A stretch of 64,000 nucleotides of DNA. It comes from Squalus acanthias. Its lineage: Eukaryota. The number at the start of each line of letters is the position of its first letter. Within the stretch, counting starts at the first letter, position 1. Made by a program: the position numbers and the translations under genes. The DNA lies in assembly GCA_030390025.1 (NCBI GenBank), contig CM059432.1:148244001-148308000 (forward strand). The letters are read 5' to 3'. The notes beneath the pieces were generated by a model. The model saw only the letters and a list, made by a program, of their open reading frames with translations. It had not been told where the DNA came from and made no database searches. Below are positions 26,464 through 38,764 of the stretch, one piece after another.

Positions 26464-26784
26464 GAGAAGTCGCACAACACCAGGTTATAGTCCAACAGTT
26501 TTATTTGAAATCACAAGCTTTCGGAGCGCTGCTCCTTCATCTTTGATTGCCGTGATTGTCTCTCTGCTGAGGTGTGATAAAGGGCAGTTGGAAAGATTAA
26601 CTGTAGTCATCTGGCAGTGTTCTCTGACTATATATGCTGTGCCCATATGTATTTCTTCACTTCACCTGACGAAGGAGCAGCGCTCCGAAAGCTTGTGATT
26701 TCAAATAAAGCTTTTGGACTATAACCTGGTGTTGTGCGACTTCTCACTTTTGTCCACCCCAGTCCAACACTGGCATCTCCGCAT
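26464..26784 (+). mobile_element. Penelope-like family A short copy with inverted arm
   Basis: Matches about 1149-1391 plus an inverted arm at 26464-26538. 15-bp TSD CACATCATCAATAGT (26449-63, 26785-99). Confidence 0.8.
26662..26698 (+). ncRNA. Minimal type-I hammerhead ribozyme motif (family A)
   Basis: Identical to 1269-1305. Confidence 0.8.
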
Positions 26785-27455
26785 CACATCATCAATAGTT
26801 ATTGGGGGTTTATCATATGTGGGCAAAGGGCAGATGTCCCTTACCTCATGTCATTCTTAAGAGGTTTAATCAAGATAATTTATCCAGGGTTGACCATTGT
26901 TCTGTTTTAATAAGGTTACCCATTCAGGGCCACCCATTCTTCTGTTTTAATAAGGTTACTTATTCAGGGTCAACAACTTGTCCTGTTTCAATAGCCAGAA
27001 TTCTTTCATAGCTATTTCATAGTTAGGTTTCTAAATTTCCAAACCCAGTTTGTCATGTTTTAAAGAATTTATAAGGTAGAGTTCCTTATAAGGTACTCTT
27101 TAGGGTTAACCACTATCTTAGCTCAACGAGGCCAGAATTCTTTCAAAAGGTAGGATTTCCAAATCCAGCTTGTTATGTTTTTTTATAAAAAAGTTATATA
27201 GTGTATTTTTCTAAAAAGGCTATAGTGTATTTTTCTAAAAAGGTTATATAGTATATTTTTCTAAAAAGGTTATTTAGTAGAATTCCTTTACACTTGCTGT
27301 GCGCAAATTGGCTGCTGTCTTTCCTACATTACAACAGTGACTACACTTCAAAAGTACTTCATTGGCTCTAAAGCGCTTTGGGACGTCCGGTGGTCGTGAA
27401 AGGCACTATATAAATGCAAGTTTTTCTTTCTTTCTTTCTGTACTTGCTTATGAAC

Positions 27456-27488
27456 TGTTCTGATGAAAGGTCACCGACCTGAAACATT
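27456..27488 (+). ncRNA. Hammerhead motif (family B), 3' strand of helix I lost to an insertion
   Basis: CTGATGA-A-AGGTC-ACC-GACCT-GAAA-CATT, followed directly by a MITE terminus at 27489. Confidence 0.55.
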
Positions 27489-27747
27489 GCGAGGAATTTT
27501 AACCCCCAAATGCGGGTGGGTTTGGATCGGGTAGGGAGTAAAAAATTTAAGATATCAAACGTGACCCCAACCCGCTCACATCCAGTTTTAGTAGCGATGG
27601 GTCGGGGGGCCCGCGACCAATCCGCTCTCAGGAGGAGGGTCAGCCAGTCAGCCAGTAAAAGCTTTTAAGCAGGCTGTGTGCCTCTATTTTAACAGAATTT
27701 TTATTTTTAACCCTTGGAGGCTGGGTTTCCTCCCAGGGATTCATCTC

Positions 27748-29885
27748 ATTAAGGATCAAACTCCTCAACTGACTAGAATTGAGCATGTGCCGGGTTCAGG
27801 GGGAACGTACAAATTATGCAGTAGGTTGCTTACTGACAGAGTTTTTACAGAAAGGTCCCATTGTAATCTCCTTAAACCTTTGGGTAAATAGACTGATGTA
27901 AGAAAACTACTAGGCACTTGGTCTAAGCGTTAAACAAAGCTTTAATCAACTGTTTTACAACATGGAGATCTAGTTGTGTCCTTCACTAGTTCCTGTTAAA
28001 GAATGTCCTGAGCAAGCTGGGCCCATGCCCGAGTATTAATACTCTCCCTGGACAGCGCCACCAGCAGGCCGCCCAGTATTATTTCATAAGTCATTTCCAC
28101 ATGAATGACAAGATTCATGTCATAGACATAGAACAGATCATTACTAACACTGCTCTATTCCTTTTATAGCCAGAAGTTGGAGTTCTTATGCATTCACGAC
28201 CTTGGACTGCTCTGAACACATTTGTTTGTTAAAAGTTTGCTCTACCACTAACTGTCTTTTGCTATTATTGCACATCCTCCAGCCTATCAACAAACTGCAA
28301 TTGTCACACATTTTGTCGCACCAGTCGAGTAGTTCTACATAAGAACATAAGAACATAAGAAGTAGGAGCAGGAGTAGGCCATACGACCCTTCGGGCCTGC
28401 TCCGCCATTCAATAGGATCATGGCTGATCCGAACCTAGACTCACGTCCACTTCCCTGCCCGCTCACCATAACCCTTAATTCCCTTATCAGCTAGGAAACT
28501 GTCTATCTCCGTTTTAAATGGATTTAATGTCGCAGCTTCCACAGCTCTCTGAGGTAGCAAATTCCATAGATTTACTACCCTCTGAGTGAAGAAGTTTCTC
28601 CTCATCTCAATTTTGAAACGGCAGCCCCTTATTCTAAGATTATGCCCCCTTGTTCTAGTCTCACCCATTAGTGGAAACATCCTCCCCGCCTCCACCCGAT
28701 CAAGCCCCCTCACAATCTTATATGTTTCGATAAGATCGCCTCTCATTCTTCTGAATTCCAATGAGTAGAGGCCCAACCTACTCAACCTTTCCTCATAAGT
28801 CAAACCCTCATCTCCGGAATCAACCGAGTGAACCTTCTCTGAACTGCCTCGAGAGCAAGTATATCTTTTCTTAAATATGGAAACCAAAACTATACGCAGT
28901 ATTCCAGGTGTGGCCTCACCAGTACCTTGTATAACTGAAGCAAGACTTCGCTGCTTTTATACTCCATCCCCCTTGCAATAAAAGCCAAGATTCCATTGGC
29001 CTTCCTGATCACCTGCTGTACCTGCATACTAACCTTCTGTGTTTCATGCACCAGGACCCCCAGATCCCTTTGTACTGTAGCACTTTGCAGTTTCTTTCCA
29101 TTTAGATAATAACTTGCTCTTTGATTTTTTCTGCCAAAGTGCATAACCTCACACTTTCCAACATTATATTCCATCTGCCAAATTTCCGCCCACTCGCTTA
29201 GCCTGTCTATGTCCTTTTGCAGGTTTTTTATGTCCTCCTCACTCACTGCTTTTCCTCCCATCTTTGTATCGTCAGCAAACTTGGATACGTTGCACTTGGT
29301 CCCCTCCTCCAAATCGTTAATATAGATTGTAAAGAGTTGGGGTCCCAGCACTGACCCTTGCAGAACACCACTAGTTACTGATTGCCAACCCGAGAATGAA
29401 CCATTTATCCCAACTCTCTGTTTTCTGTTAGATAGCCAATCTTCCACCCATGCCAGTATATTACCCCCAATCCCGTGATTTTTTATCTTGTGCAGTAATC
29501 TTTTGTGTGGCACCTTATCAAATGCCTTTTGGAAGTCCAAATACACCACATCCACTGGTTCCCCTTTATCCACCCTGTTCTACTTCTTAGGAGCTTTAGC
29601 CACTTATCGGAGTCATTATTTGCAAGGCATTCTTGATTCACTCTGTCTCGGGCACACCCGTTTGGTACTGCGCATGTGCACTCGATCCGTTCTGTGCATG
29701 CGCAGTACCACTGTGAGCTCTGGAGTTGGCTGACAATGAATGGATCAAATTACACCTTGCCAAGACCTTGATTAGTCAGGCAGGCAGGATTTAATTACAC
29801 ATTCCAGACAAACTGTTGGGTGTATCTGGTCCTCCAAGGGGACCAATCAGAACTTTGGAGTTACAAATAGTTACAGCCTTAAACA
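27748..29885 (-). mobile_element. Possible solo LTR with a CR1 inserted
   Basis: TCTC on both flanks. Right end CCTTAAACA versus a degenerate left end ATTAAGG. Minus-strand TATAAAA (about 28165) and ATTAAA (about 27943). It interrupts a MITE that starts at 27489. Confidence 0.4.
28339..29576 (-). mobile_element. 5'-truncated CR1 LINE
   Basis: RT ORF 28890-29573 plus 3' part. 7-bp TSD GTTCTAC (28332-38, 29577-83). Confidence 0.92.
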
Positions 29886-30356
29886 TCTCCAGCACGAGTT
29901 TCCCGTGGCTGCTGAAGGGAGGTGTGAAAGGCCCGATCCATCAGGGAAGAGCCTTTACAGCACTGCTTGTGGGCCAGGAAAAGCAGGCGTCGCTTGACCC
30001 CGGCCCCCCAAGTTAACCTGTAAATCCCACCCCCCACCACCCCGGGATTCTGCCCGCTCTCCTGCCGATGACCGACTCCTTCCCGATATATGGCCCCTCC
30101 CGATGACCGACCCCCTCCTGATATCTGACCCCCTCCTGATATCTGACCCCCTCCCAATGTCTGACCCATTCCCGATCAATTACCTCCTCCCGATGACAGA
30201 TTCCCGACTGCAGCCTGGAGTTGCAGGACTACCCACCCAGCAGCCAGCCAGCCTTCAATCTGGTTGGCTGCGGCCGGGAAACAGGGACTTTTTAAAGAAA
30301 TCAGGTCCCGTCGAATTTAACGGCACAATTTGAATGCACTTCAAAAGTAATTCATA

Positions 30357-31243
30357 GGCCGCGATTTTATTAATGGAGGCGGGTTGGGTGCAGGTCAGCT
30401 GGTTTCCGGCTTCCAGTCACGCCCCCAGCTGCCTCCGCTCCACAGACGTGATTTTCCCTTGATTGACCTTATTAAGCCCCGCCCTGCGGGCTTGCTGGCC
30501 AATTAACAGGAAGCAGGTCTGATGACGTCATTTGATGACGCATCATTTGCTGGTTTCCTTAAAGGGACCACGCACAATTTTATTTTGACAGTTGATTTCT
30601 CAGTGTTTGACAGCATTGAGGTGCTGAAAACACTGACAATCACTGTACAAAGGTGAACTCTTGCACCCAGGCTCTCCAATGACTCCCTCCATAGGCTGGA
30701 ATAGATGGCAGCTGCAGGTGAGGTGACAGAAGCGATCTGTCACTGGTGAGAGAGGTTCTCCCAGTGAGGTGGCACTGGACATATAGTTGGATTTAAAAAC
30801 TGGTAAGCTAAATAAATCTGTAAATGTTTTAAAAATGCAGTAACCAACATTTTCTTTGATCTGAAACTCACCATGTGCAACATTGGATCCTTCGCACCAC
30901 TTCTGCAGCTGTCATCATTCCACAAACATTACAGCAGACTCACAACACGCCACACTTAACTGGCGTGGTGTCCGGACGTCGGGAAACCCGAGCCAGAAGC
31001 GGCAAAATCCAAAAACAGGCTGAAAAACTACTGGCAAGTACCCGTTAACAGGCAGGTAATTGCCTTTAATCCGCTTCCCACCGCTAGGTGTCGGGTCCAT
31101 TCGCAAATCGGGGACCCGACACTTGGGAAAAGCTGTTTGGAGGCGGGTTGACAGTGGGATCGGATCCCGCCATCAATCAAATCGAATTTAACCTCTGACC
31201 CGCCTCCAAGCCCGCCCTCTGAGCGCCAGCAACATCGGGGCCA
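30357..31243. mobile_element. Harbinger-type MITE inserted in a SINE tail
   Basis: Termini GGCCGCGATTTT / ACATCGGGGCC. SINE/L2 tail sequence lies on both sides. Confidence 0.6.
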
Positions 31244-32515
31244 GAGGCTACGAAGCACTGTGCGACGATGTAAACGGCGCTATATAAGTGCAAGCTCTTT
31301 CCTTTCTTACCTTCTCTAACTGGAAATTTCCTCTTCCCTCAGAAACTGGTCTCGTTCCTTTCTGAAGACACTGCAATGAATACACTCCCACTGCATGACT
31401 CAATGTAATCTGCTCCAGAATGTCACAACTCTTCTCAAATAGTAATATTTCCTGGCACCGAAGCTCTCTTTGCCTGACAACTTTTCCATTTGTATCAGAA
31501 GGAATAATTTTTTCCTTTTTTTCCTAAGAGCTGCACAAATTGCACTTTAACAAATAGCTGAGTTCAACTTAATTTCCTATTTCAGTAAAATGACAGAAGG
31601 CAGCTCATACATTATTGGGGTAATTTTATGAATTCATACTCCCGGCACGGAGCTTCATCCATCGGGAGCATGTATCATGAATTCAGACGTGGAGGTCAGC
31701 AGGTTCTGCTTTTCCAACCGTGGGCTGAAAATCCCATGGGAAGCCACTGACCTCCAGCTCAAATCGCCAATAAGCTCTCTGGACAGGAGGCAGACACTCT
31801 GTGATGGAAGCAAAAAAAAAAAAAACTCCTTAAATTTACATCTCTTCTACAATTACTGAGGCAGCTTATCTCCAAGGCAACAGTGAAACTCCCTGACAGC
31901 AGCCTGGGTAGTAGTGAATGGCTCCGTGCTGTGTGATGCATTTTAACTTTACTCCGATAACAATAGCAACAACAAAAAAACACAATGAGCTGCTGAGAGG
32001 AAGAAAAACTAAAAACCAGTGATGCTCAACCCAGCCATGGGCCTGTCGGGGGTTTTGGGTGGCTGCAGATCCAGCCACTCAAAGCACAGAGTGCGAGAGA
32101 GAAAATAACCCCTGCCCCTCCAACACTGGAGCAGCCAAGCTCCCCCACTACCACTGGTTCCCCACAGAGAGAGAAAGAGAAAAAACATGAGAGAGGACGG
32201 GAAAACCATTGTAGTACCATTTTTACCGAAGGATGCAGTGCTGGCCGTATTTTCATAGTGGTCCACGCAGGAGCCTTGTCTTTACAGATTGGCTCACTTT
32301 GCTATGAAGTTGGACAACGCACAGCACCATGCTGGGCACTCGGACACATTCCGAGAGTCCTTCTCACTGGCCTCCTGCTGCCAGCGCACTTCTTCCTTAG
32401 TTGCTAAGAGGTGCAGCTCAACCACTGTCGTGATAACAGAAAGAAAATCAGTGTCCCGGAGCAATTGTATCATCAACAACAGGACAAAGAGCCTGGGTTA
32501 AAGGATAAACAGCAT

Positions 32516-33647
32516 GGCCCGGATTCTGCATTAACAATAACGGCAAACCTATTAACGTACACCATTATTAAAGTGTAAATCGGACAGCAACTTCCAGCAA
32601 CCGCACATATGCAGTTAAAGGCAGAAATCAGGAAGTTGCTGTCTGAGTTGCCCTTCTCCTCCAGAATCTTGCCAAGAGACTCGGCTTTGAAATACATGGA
32701 ACGGCGGGAAGTTGCTGTATTTGTGTGATATATACCCACTAAACCCGCCAGAAAAAGTTAGGGCTTGTCCATGCCAGGGTAAGTCTTCTTCTCTCTTAGG
32801 CAGTCCCTCGGAACCGAGGGTGACTTGCTTCCACACTAAAAATGAGTTCTCAGGTGACTGATGAGTCCAGTGCGGAACCTACAGTCTCTGTCACAGGTGG
32901 GGCAGACGGTGGTTGAAGAGGGCGGGTGGGTGGGGTGCTTGGGTTGACGTGCGCTCCCTCCGCTGTTTGCGCTTGGCTTCCGCTTGCTCCCGGCGAAGAG
33001 ACTCGAGGTGTTCGGCGCCTTCCCGGATGCTTCTCCTCCACTTTGTGTGGTCTTGGGCCAGGGATTCCCAGGTGTCGGTGGGGATGTTGCACTTTTTCAA
33101 GGAGGCTTTGAGGGTGTCCTTGAAGCGTTTCCTCAGCCCACCTGGGGCTCTCTTGCCGTGTCCATCCAGGGTAAGTAAATATTTAATGGCATGGTAAGTC
33201 TTAATTACTGTCAAACAATGCTCTCTGGCATTGAAAATTAACTTTTACAACTGTGGAATCTCATTCCTTCAGATTTTAATTATTGTTGGAGTTTTAAAAA
33301 AAAAATTTAAACATTTTTAAAGTTTTCTTTCTCCTTAATCTTTCTTAATCCCATCTTTCTTTCCCTCTCTTCATTTTGCTTTCTGACAATGATTTGGCAT
33401 TGAATTAATTATTCTAACTTACACTCCCTGTTCACGAAGAATTCTTCAACTTGATTGGTTAAGGAGGCATATTGTTGCTTTCCCTGATCACACAGGTCCC
33501 AGATCCCCTGTAGAGGGAACTTCACCAAAATGGCTTTCTAATCACAGCAAGTTCCAGTGCAAATACCCCACAGAAAGTATGTGGGCAAGTGTAAGTTTAA
33601 TGAGCAGCTGGCGCTGTTCGTTCGTCATTGTCCACCAAATCTGGGCC
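32516..33647. mobile_element. Harbinger-type MITE (family M3) containing an RTE fragment
   Basis: Termini GGCCCGGATT / AATCTGGGCC. Interior is similar to 62977-63673. Confidence 0.7.
32785..33165 (-). mobile_element. RTE-clade LINE 3' fragment
   Basis: GKRAPGGLRKRFKDTLKASLKKCNI...WESLAQDHTKWR, then a frameshifted CPTC...HLRTH zinc finger. 11-bp TSD CCAGGGTAAGT. Confidence 0.8.
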
Positions 33648-34409
33648 ATTTGTCTCCTGCAGCCCATGAGATGGATGTGGCGTGTGGCTGACTCAGGCCT
33701 GTAGATCTCACACCTGATATTTGCCCAATATTGACAGTTCTGAAATAACCACTGTAAACACAACACGGGCTGGGTGCTAAACAGTTAAAGTTAGCTGAGG
33801 TAATGATGACTACAGGAATGTATTGCCCTAAATAGGCCCTATTATGATATTAGATAAGATAGATTACATTTAAATGAATAGGAAATAGTTCCATGTTTGC
33901 ATACCTAATATACAATGGTATGATAAGTGGCTTTAACTACCAGCTAGTTTCCCAGGCAGCTAATGCCTCAAAGTGAATTGTTGAATTATTCCCCAGAGGA
34001 AGATTCCAAAAATATATTCTTGTCAATAAAAATGTTGTACAACTTTAAACCATTTCACAACTCTTGACCCTTTTGTAAACTGTGATTTCCTGATAGTGTG
34101 TGGGAACAAACATGCCTTCTCCCCACTAGCAGATCGTGCGTGTGTTATTTTTTTGTCCTCGGCTAATTGTTGTAACTTCTCTTGGGCCAAAACAAAGTAG
34201 TTGAAGAATGGCTTACTGTGTGATAGCATGGAATAATTTTAAGGTATTGAATCAAACTCTTCTTAGACCCTTCTTTCCATTGTGTGCTGAAGCAAATAGT
34301 CAAAATGGGTAAAAATAAGCAGAGTGGGTCAGGAAGGGACAGAGAGAGTAACAAAGGTAATAGGGCATCAGTGACTAAGGTGACATCAGGGAAAAATAGA
34401 AATAAGTCA

Positions 34410-36276
34410 AAATTTGGATACATTACACTCGATCCCTTCATCTTGGTCATTAATATAGATTGTAAATAGCTGAGGCCCCAACACTGATCTTGCAGCACCC
34501 CACTAGTCCCAGCCTGCCAACCTGAAAAAGATCCGTTTATCCCTACTCTCTGTTTTCTGTCCATTAACCAATCCTCTATCCATGCTATTATATTACCCCC
34601 AACCCCATGAGCCCTACTCTTGTGTAATAACCTTTTATGTGGCACCTTATCAAATGCCTTTTGGAAATCCAAATATACTACATCCACTGGTTCCCCTTTA
34701 TCTACCCTGCTAGTTACATCCTCAAAAAACTCTAACAGATTTGTCAAACACGATTTGCCTTTCATAAAACCATGTTGACTGTGCCTAATCATGCTATGAT
34801 TTTCTAAGTGCCCTGATACCACTTCCTTAACAATGGATTCTAGCATTTTCCCGACGACGGATGTCAGGCTAACTGGCCTGTAGTTCCCTGTTTTTTCTTT
34901 CCCTCCTTTCTTGAATAGCGGTGTTACATTTGCGACCTTCCAATCTGCTGGGACCATTCTAGAATCTAGGGGATTTTGGCAGATCAAAACCAATGCATCC
35001 ATTATCTCATCAGCCACCTCTTTTAGAACCCTAGGATGTATGCCATCAGGTCCAGGGGATTTGTCGGCTTTTAGTCCCATTAGTTTCTCTAGTACTTTTT
35101 CTCTACTTATATTAATTGCGTTAAGTTCCTCACCCTCATTAGACCCTTGGTTCCCCACCATATTTGGTATGCTTTTTGTGTCTTCTACTGTGAAGACAGA
35201 TACAAAATATTTGTTTAACGTTTCTGCCATTTCCTTATTCCCAATAATAATTTCTCCTGTCTCAGCCGCTAAGGGACCAACGTTTACTTTTGCTACTCTC
35301 TTCCTTTTTACATACTTGTAGAAGCTCTTACAACCTGCTTTTATATTTCTTGCTAGTTTTCTCTCATCTTCTATTTTTTCCCTTTTTCTTAATTTTTTGG
35401 TCAATCTTTGCTGGTTTCTGAAACTCTCCCAATCCTCAAGCTTACTATTATTCTTTGCAACATTATAAGCTTCTTCTTTCAATCTAATGCTATCCTTAAC
35501 TTCTTTAGTTAGCCACAGTTGGATCACTTTTCCCGTGGAGTTTTTGTTTCTCAATGGAATGTATTTTTGTTGAGAATTATGAAATATTTCTTTAAATGCT
35601 AGCTACTGCTTATCTACTGCCGTACCTTTTAATCTACCTGAGGAAAGACATACTTGCCTTAGAGGGAGTGCAATGAAGGTTCACTAGACTGGTTCCCGGG
35701 ATGAGGGGATTGCCCTATGAGGAGAGATTGAGTAGACTAGGCCTATATTCCCTAGAGTTTAGAAGAATGAGAGGTGATCTCATTGAAACATACAAAATTC
35801 TTATGGGGCTTGACAGGGTTAATGCTGAGAAAGTGTTTCCCCTGGCCGGGGAATCTAGAACACGAGGTCACAGTCACAGAGTAAGCAGTCAGCCATTTAG
35901 GACTGAGATGAGGAGAAATTTCTTCATTCAAAGGGTGGTGAATCTTTGGAATTCTCTACCCCAGAGAGCTGTGGATGCTCAGTCACTGAATATATTTAAG
36001 AAGGAGATAGATAGATTTCTAGACACAAAAGGCATCAAGGGGTATGGGGAAAGAGCGGGAATATGGTATTGAGATAGAGGATCAGCCATGATCATATTGA
36101 ATGTATATTCAAGACAGAGGTCGATAAATTTTTGGGAACTAAGGGAATTAAGGGATATGGGGATAATGCGGGAAGGTGGAATTGAGGTAGAAGATCAGCC
36201 ATGATCTTATTGAATGGCGGAGCAGGCTCGAAGAGCCAAATGGCCTACTCCTGCTCCTATTTCTTATGTTCTTATG
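34410..36276. mobile_element. CR1 LINE with inverted 5' segment (34410-35634 minus, 35635-36276 plus)
   Basis: The minus part encodes ORF2 up to the SKF just before FADD. The plus part starts at YLRKDILA and runs to the 3' tail. Confidence 0.85.
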
Positions 36277-36769
36277 TCATAGCCTTTTATGTGATAACCG
36301 TTAAAGGAGCACTGTCATCTTGTTAAAATGGTAAAGTGGATCTCTCTGTATTACTGTGTATTCTCTGTGAGCTGTTAGATTTACCTGTCTCTGTAATCTA
36401 TTTGCTTTCCTTGTAATAAAGCCATTTTCTTTCTCCTGAGTCCTGCCAGGTGAAAACTAAACTTTACAGAAAGGATATTTTATTGGGAGGTTGGTGACAA
36501 TTCCCGCTACATTTTAAGATGATGGCCAAACATTTCACAAGAAACATTCCCTTTCCCCCACTTGAATTAGACCAGTTGGAAGGTGGAAGTGGAACCCATT
36601 AGAGCCAATCAGGTTGGTTGGAGGGCTGGACTGGAGCCCATTTTTGGGTTCATGCTTTCATTGAAATAGTAAACACTGAAATATACAAAGGTATCGAACG
36701 TGCATCTTCTATTACGGCCAAGCACAGCTCCTAAATATTTGTAATTATAAAAACAGTAAATTCATATCT

Positions 36770-37535
36770 ATCCGGTCATAGCCGGAGAATCTCCTGCAAT
36801 GGCTTCTCTATCCCTTCCCACAACATTACTTCTGGAGTCCCCCAAGGATCTACCCTTGGCCTCCTTCTATTTCTCATCTACATGCTGCCCTTCAGTGACA
36901 TTATCCAAACACAGCGTCAGATTCCACAGGTACGCTGACGATACCCAGCTCCACCTCACCACCACCTCTCTCGACCCCTCCACAGCCTTTGATTCGTCAC
37001 ACTGCTTGTCCGGTATCCAGTCCTGGATGAGCAGAAATTTCCTCCAAATTGTGAAGGCTGAAAGCCATTGTTTTCGGCCCCCGCCACAAAATCTATTCTC
37101 TAGCCATCAACAACATCCCCCTCCCTGACCAATGCCTGAGGCTGAACCAGACTATTCGCAACTTCAGAGTCATATTTGACCCTGAGCTGAGCTTCCGAAC
37201 CCATATCCTCTGGATTGCCAAGACCGTCTACTTCCACCTCCATAACATCGTCCGTCTCTGCCCTGCCTCAGCCCATCTGCTGCTGAAACCCTCATCCATG
37301 CCTTTGCTATCTCCAGGTCCGACTATTCTCTCCCAAAACCTCTCCACCTCTCCACTTCTCTCTCCGCCTTTAAGACTCTCCTTAAAACCTACCCCATTGA
37401 ACAAGCTTTTGGTCACCTTTCTCAATATCTCCCTATGTGGCTCAGTGTCAAATGTTGTCTGATAATCGCTCCTGTGAAACGCCTCGGGACGTTTTATTCC
37501 ATTAAAGGCGATATATAAATGCAAGTTGTTGTTTT
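36770..37535 (+). mobile_element. L2-clade LINE 3' fragment
   Basis: SGVPQGS and RYADDTQL motifs. 3' end AGGCGATATATAAATGCAAGTTGTTGTT is shared with the SINE tails. Confidence 0.8.
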
Positions 37536-37721
37536 TGAATTTACTACAGGTTGATTTTTTTGACGACGCTAGCGAATCCCTGACACGCCTTAAAAATAAA
37601 ACAATCTGGAAATATTGAAATCATCACAACCTCAAATTCTCCACCTGCCTCTGGGCTGCCATGGTCGGTAACTGATGTAAAGGGGAGTCTTACCAGATGT
37701 GCCTCTGTGAGACCCAGCAGA

Positions 37722-38475
37722 AGTGAGGCCCACCTGGAGATCAGACACTTTCGGAAGGATGTCAAGGCCTTTTAGAGGGTGCAAGAGAAGATTAACCGGA
37801 ATGTTACCAGGGATGAGGGACTTCAGTTATGTGCGGCGACTAGAGAAGCTGGGATTGTTCTCTTTAGAGCAGGGAAGGTTACGCGGAGATTTAATAGAGG
37901 AGTTCAAAATTATGAGGGGTTTTGATAGAGTAAATAAGGAGAAACTTTCCACCAGCAGGAGGGTCGGTAACCAGAGGACATAATTAAAATATTTAGCAAA
38001 AGGAGTGATAGAAACATAGAAAAATAGGAGCAGGAGTCGGCCATTCGGCCCTTCGAGCCTGCTCCGCCATTCAATATGATCATGGCTGATCCTCTAGCTC
38101 AATACCATATTCCCGCTCTCTCCCCATACCCCTTGATGCCTTTTGTGTCTAGAAATCTATCTATCTCCTTCTTAAATATATTCAGTGACTTGGCCTCCAC
38201 AGCCTTCTGTGGTAGAGAATCCCACAGGTTCTCCTCATTGATTAGGAGAATATTTTTTTTCTCAGCGAGTTGCTTTGATCTGGAATGAAATGCCTGAAAG
38301 GGTGATGGGAACAGATTCAATAATATCTTTCAAAAGGGAATTGTATAAATACTTGTAAAAGAGAAATCTGTAGGACTGAAGGGACAGAACAGGAGAGTGC
38401 AACTAATTAGACAGCTCTTTCAAGACTAGCATGATGGGCCAAATGGCCTCCTACTGTGCTGTAAGATTCTATGAT
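37722..38475 (+). mobile_element. Old CR1 3' fragment with a younger CR1 3' end (38010-38232, minus) nested inside
   Basis: RRLEKLGLFSLEQGRLRGDLIE on plus. Reverse-complement CR1 tail in the middle. Confidence 0.8.
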
Positions 38476-38764
38476 TGAGCCCCCTAACACAGGAGGCCGA
38501 CTCCTACAATTTCCGAGAGGGTAGGGGATCCAGTACCCGCCCCGGGACCGCACGCTTCAGCCAGCAATTCCGCTATCGTCGCCAGGGCACCCCTGCAGGT
38601 GCATCCACAACCCGCTTTTCATGGCCCCCTCCCCTGACCTTGCCAACTTTGGTGGGCTCAGCAGCAAAGGTTACCAACAAGCTCAATTGCGGCATAACTG
38701 CCAGGATGAGGTGCCCAAGAAATTTCTAGGCCAAAATCTCATTCCATCAGCACTTACACCTTAA

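Larger units (their letters stand above)
24362..27292. mobile_element. Solo LTR (about 1.2 kb net) carrying a CR1 and a Penelope-like insertion
   Basis: TG...CA termini with inverted TGAAAGGA / TCCTTTACA, 4-bp TSD CTTG (24358-61, 27293-96), internal short tandem repeats at 26897-27272. Confidence 0.75.
24043..27437 (+). mobile_element. Deu-domain SINE split by a solo LTR (24043-24361 and 27293-27437)
   Basis: The SINE sequence GGGAGCTTG|CTGTGCGCAAATTGG rejoins across the insertion. Confidence 0.85.
22950..27488. mobile_element. Old Penelope-like family B copy with inverted arms, broken by nested insertions
   Basis: Minus arm (22950-23056, 23747-23850) resembles 61420-61590. Plus arm (about 23865-24042, resuming 27438-27488) is the reverse complement of the same family. 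Confidence 0.65.

Noticed and set aside
34163..35554. 463-aa RT with a novel C-terminus
   Set aside because: A frameshift after GVLQ causes read-through into flanking DNA.
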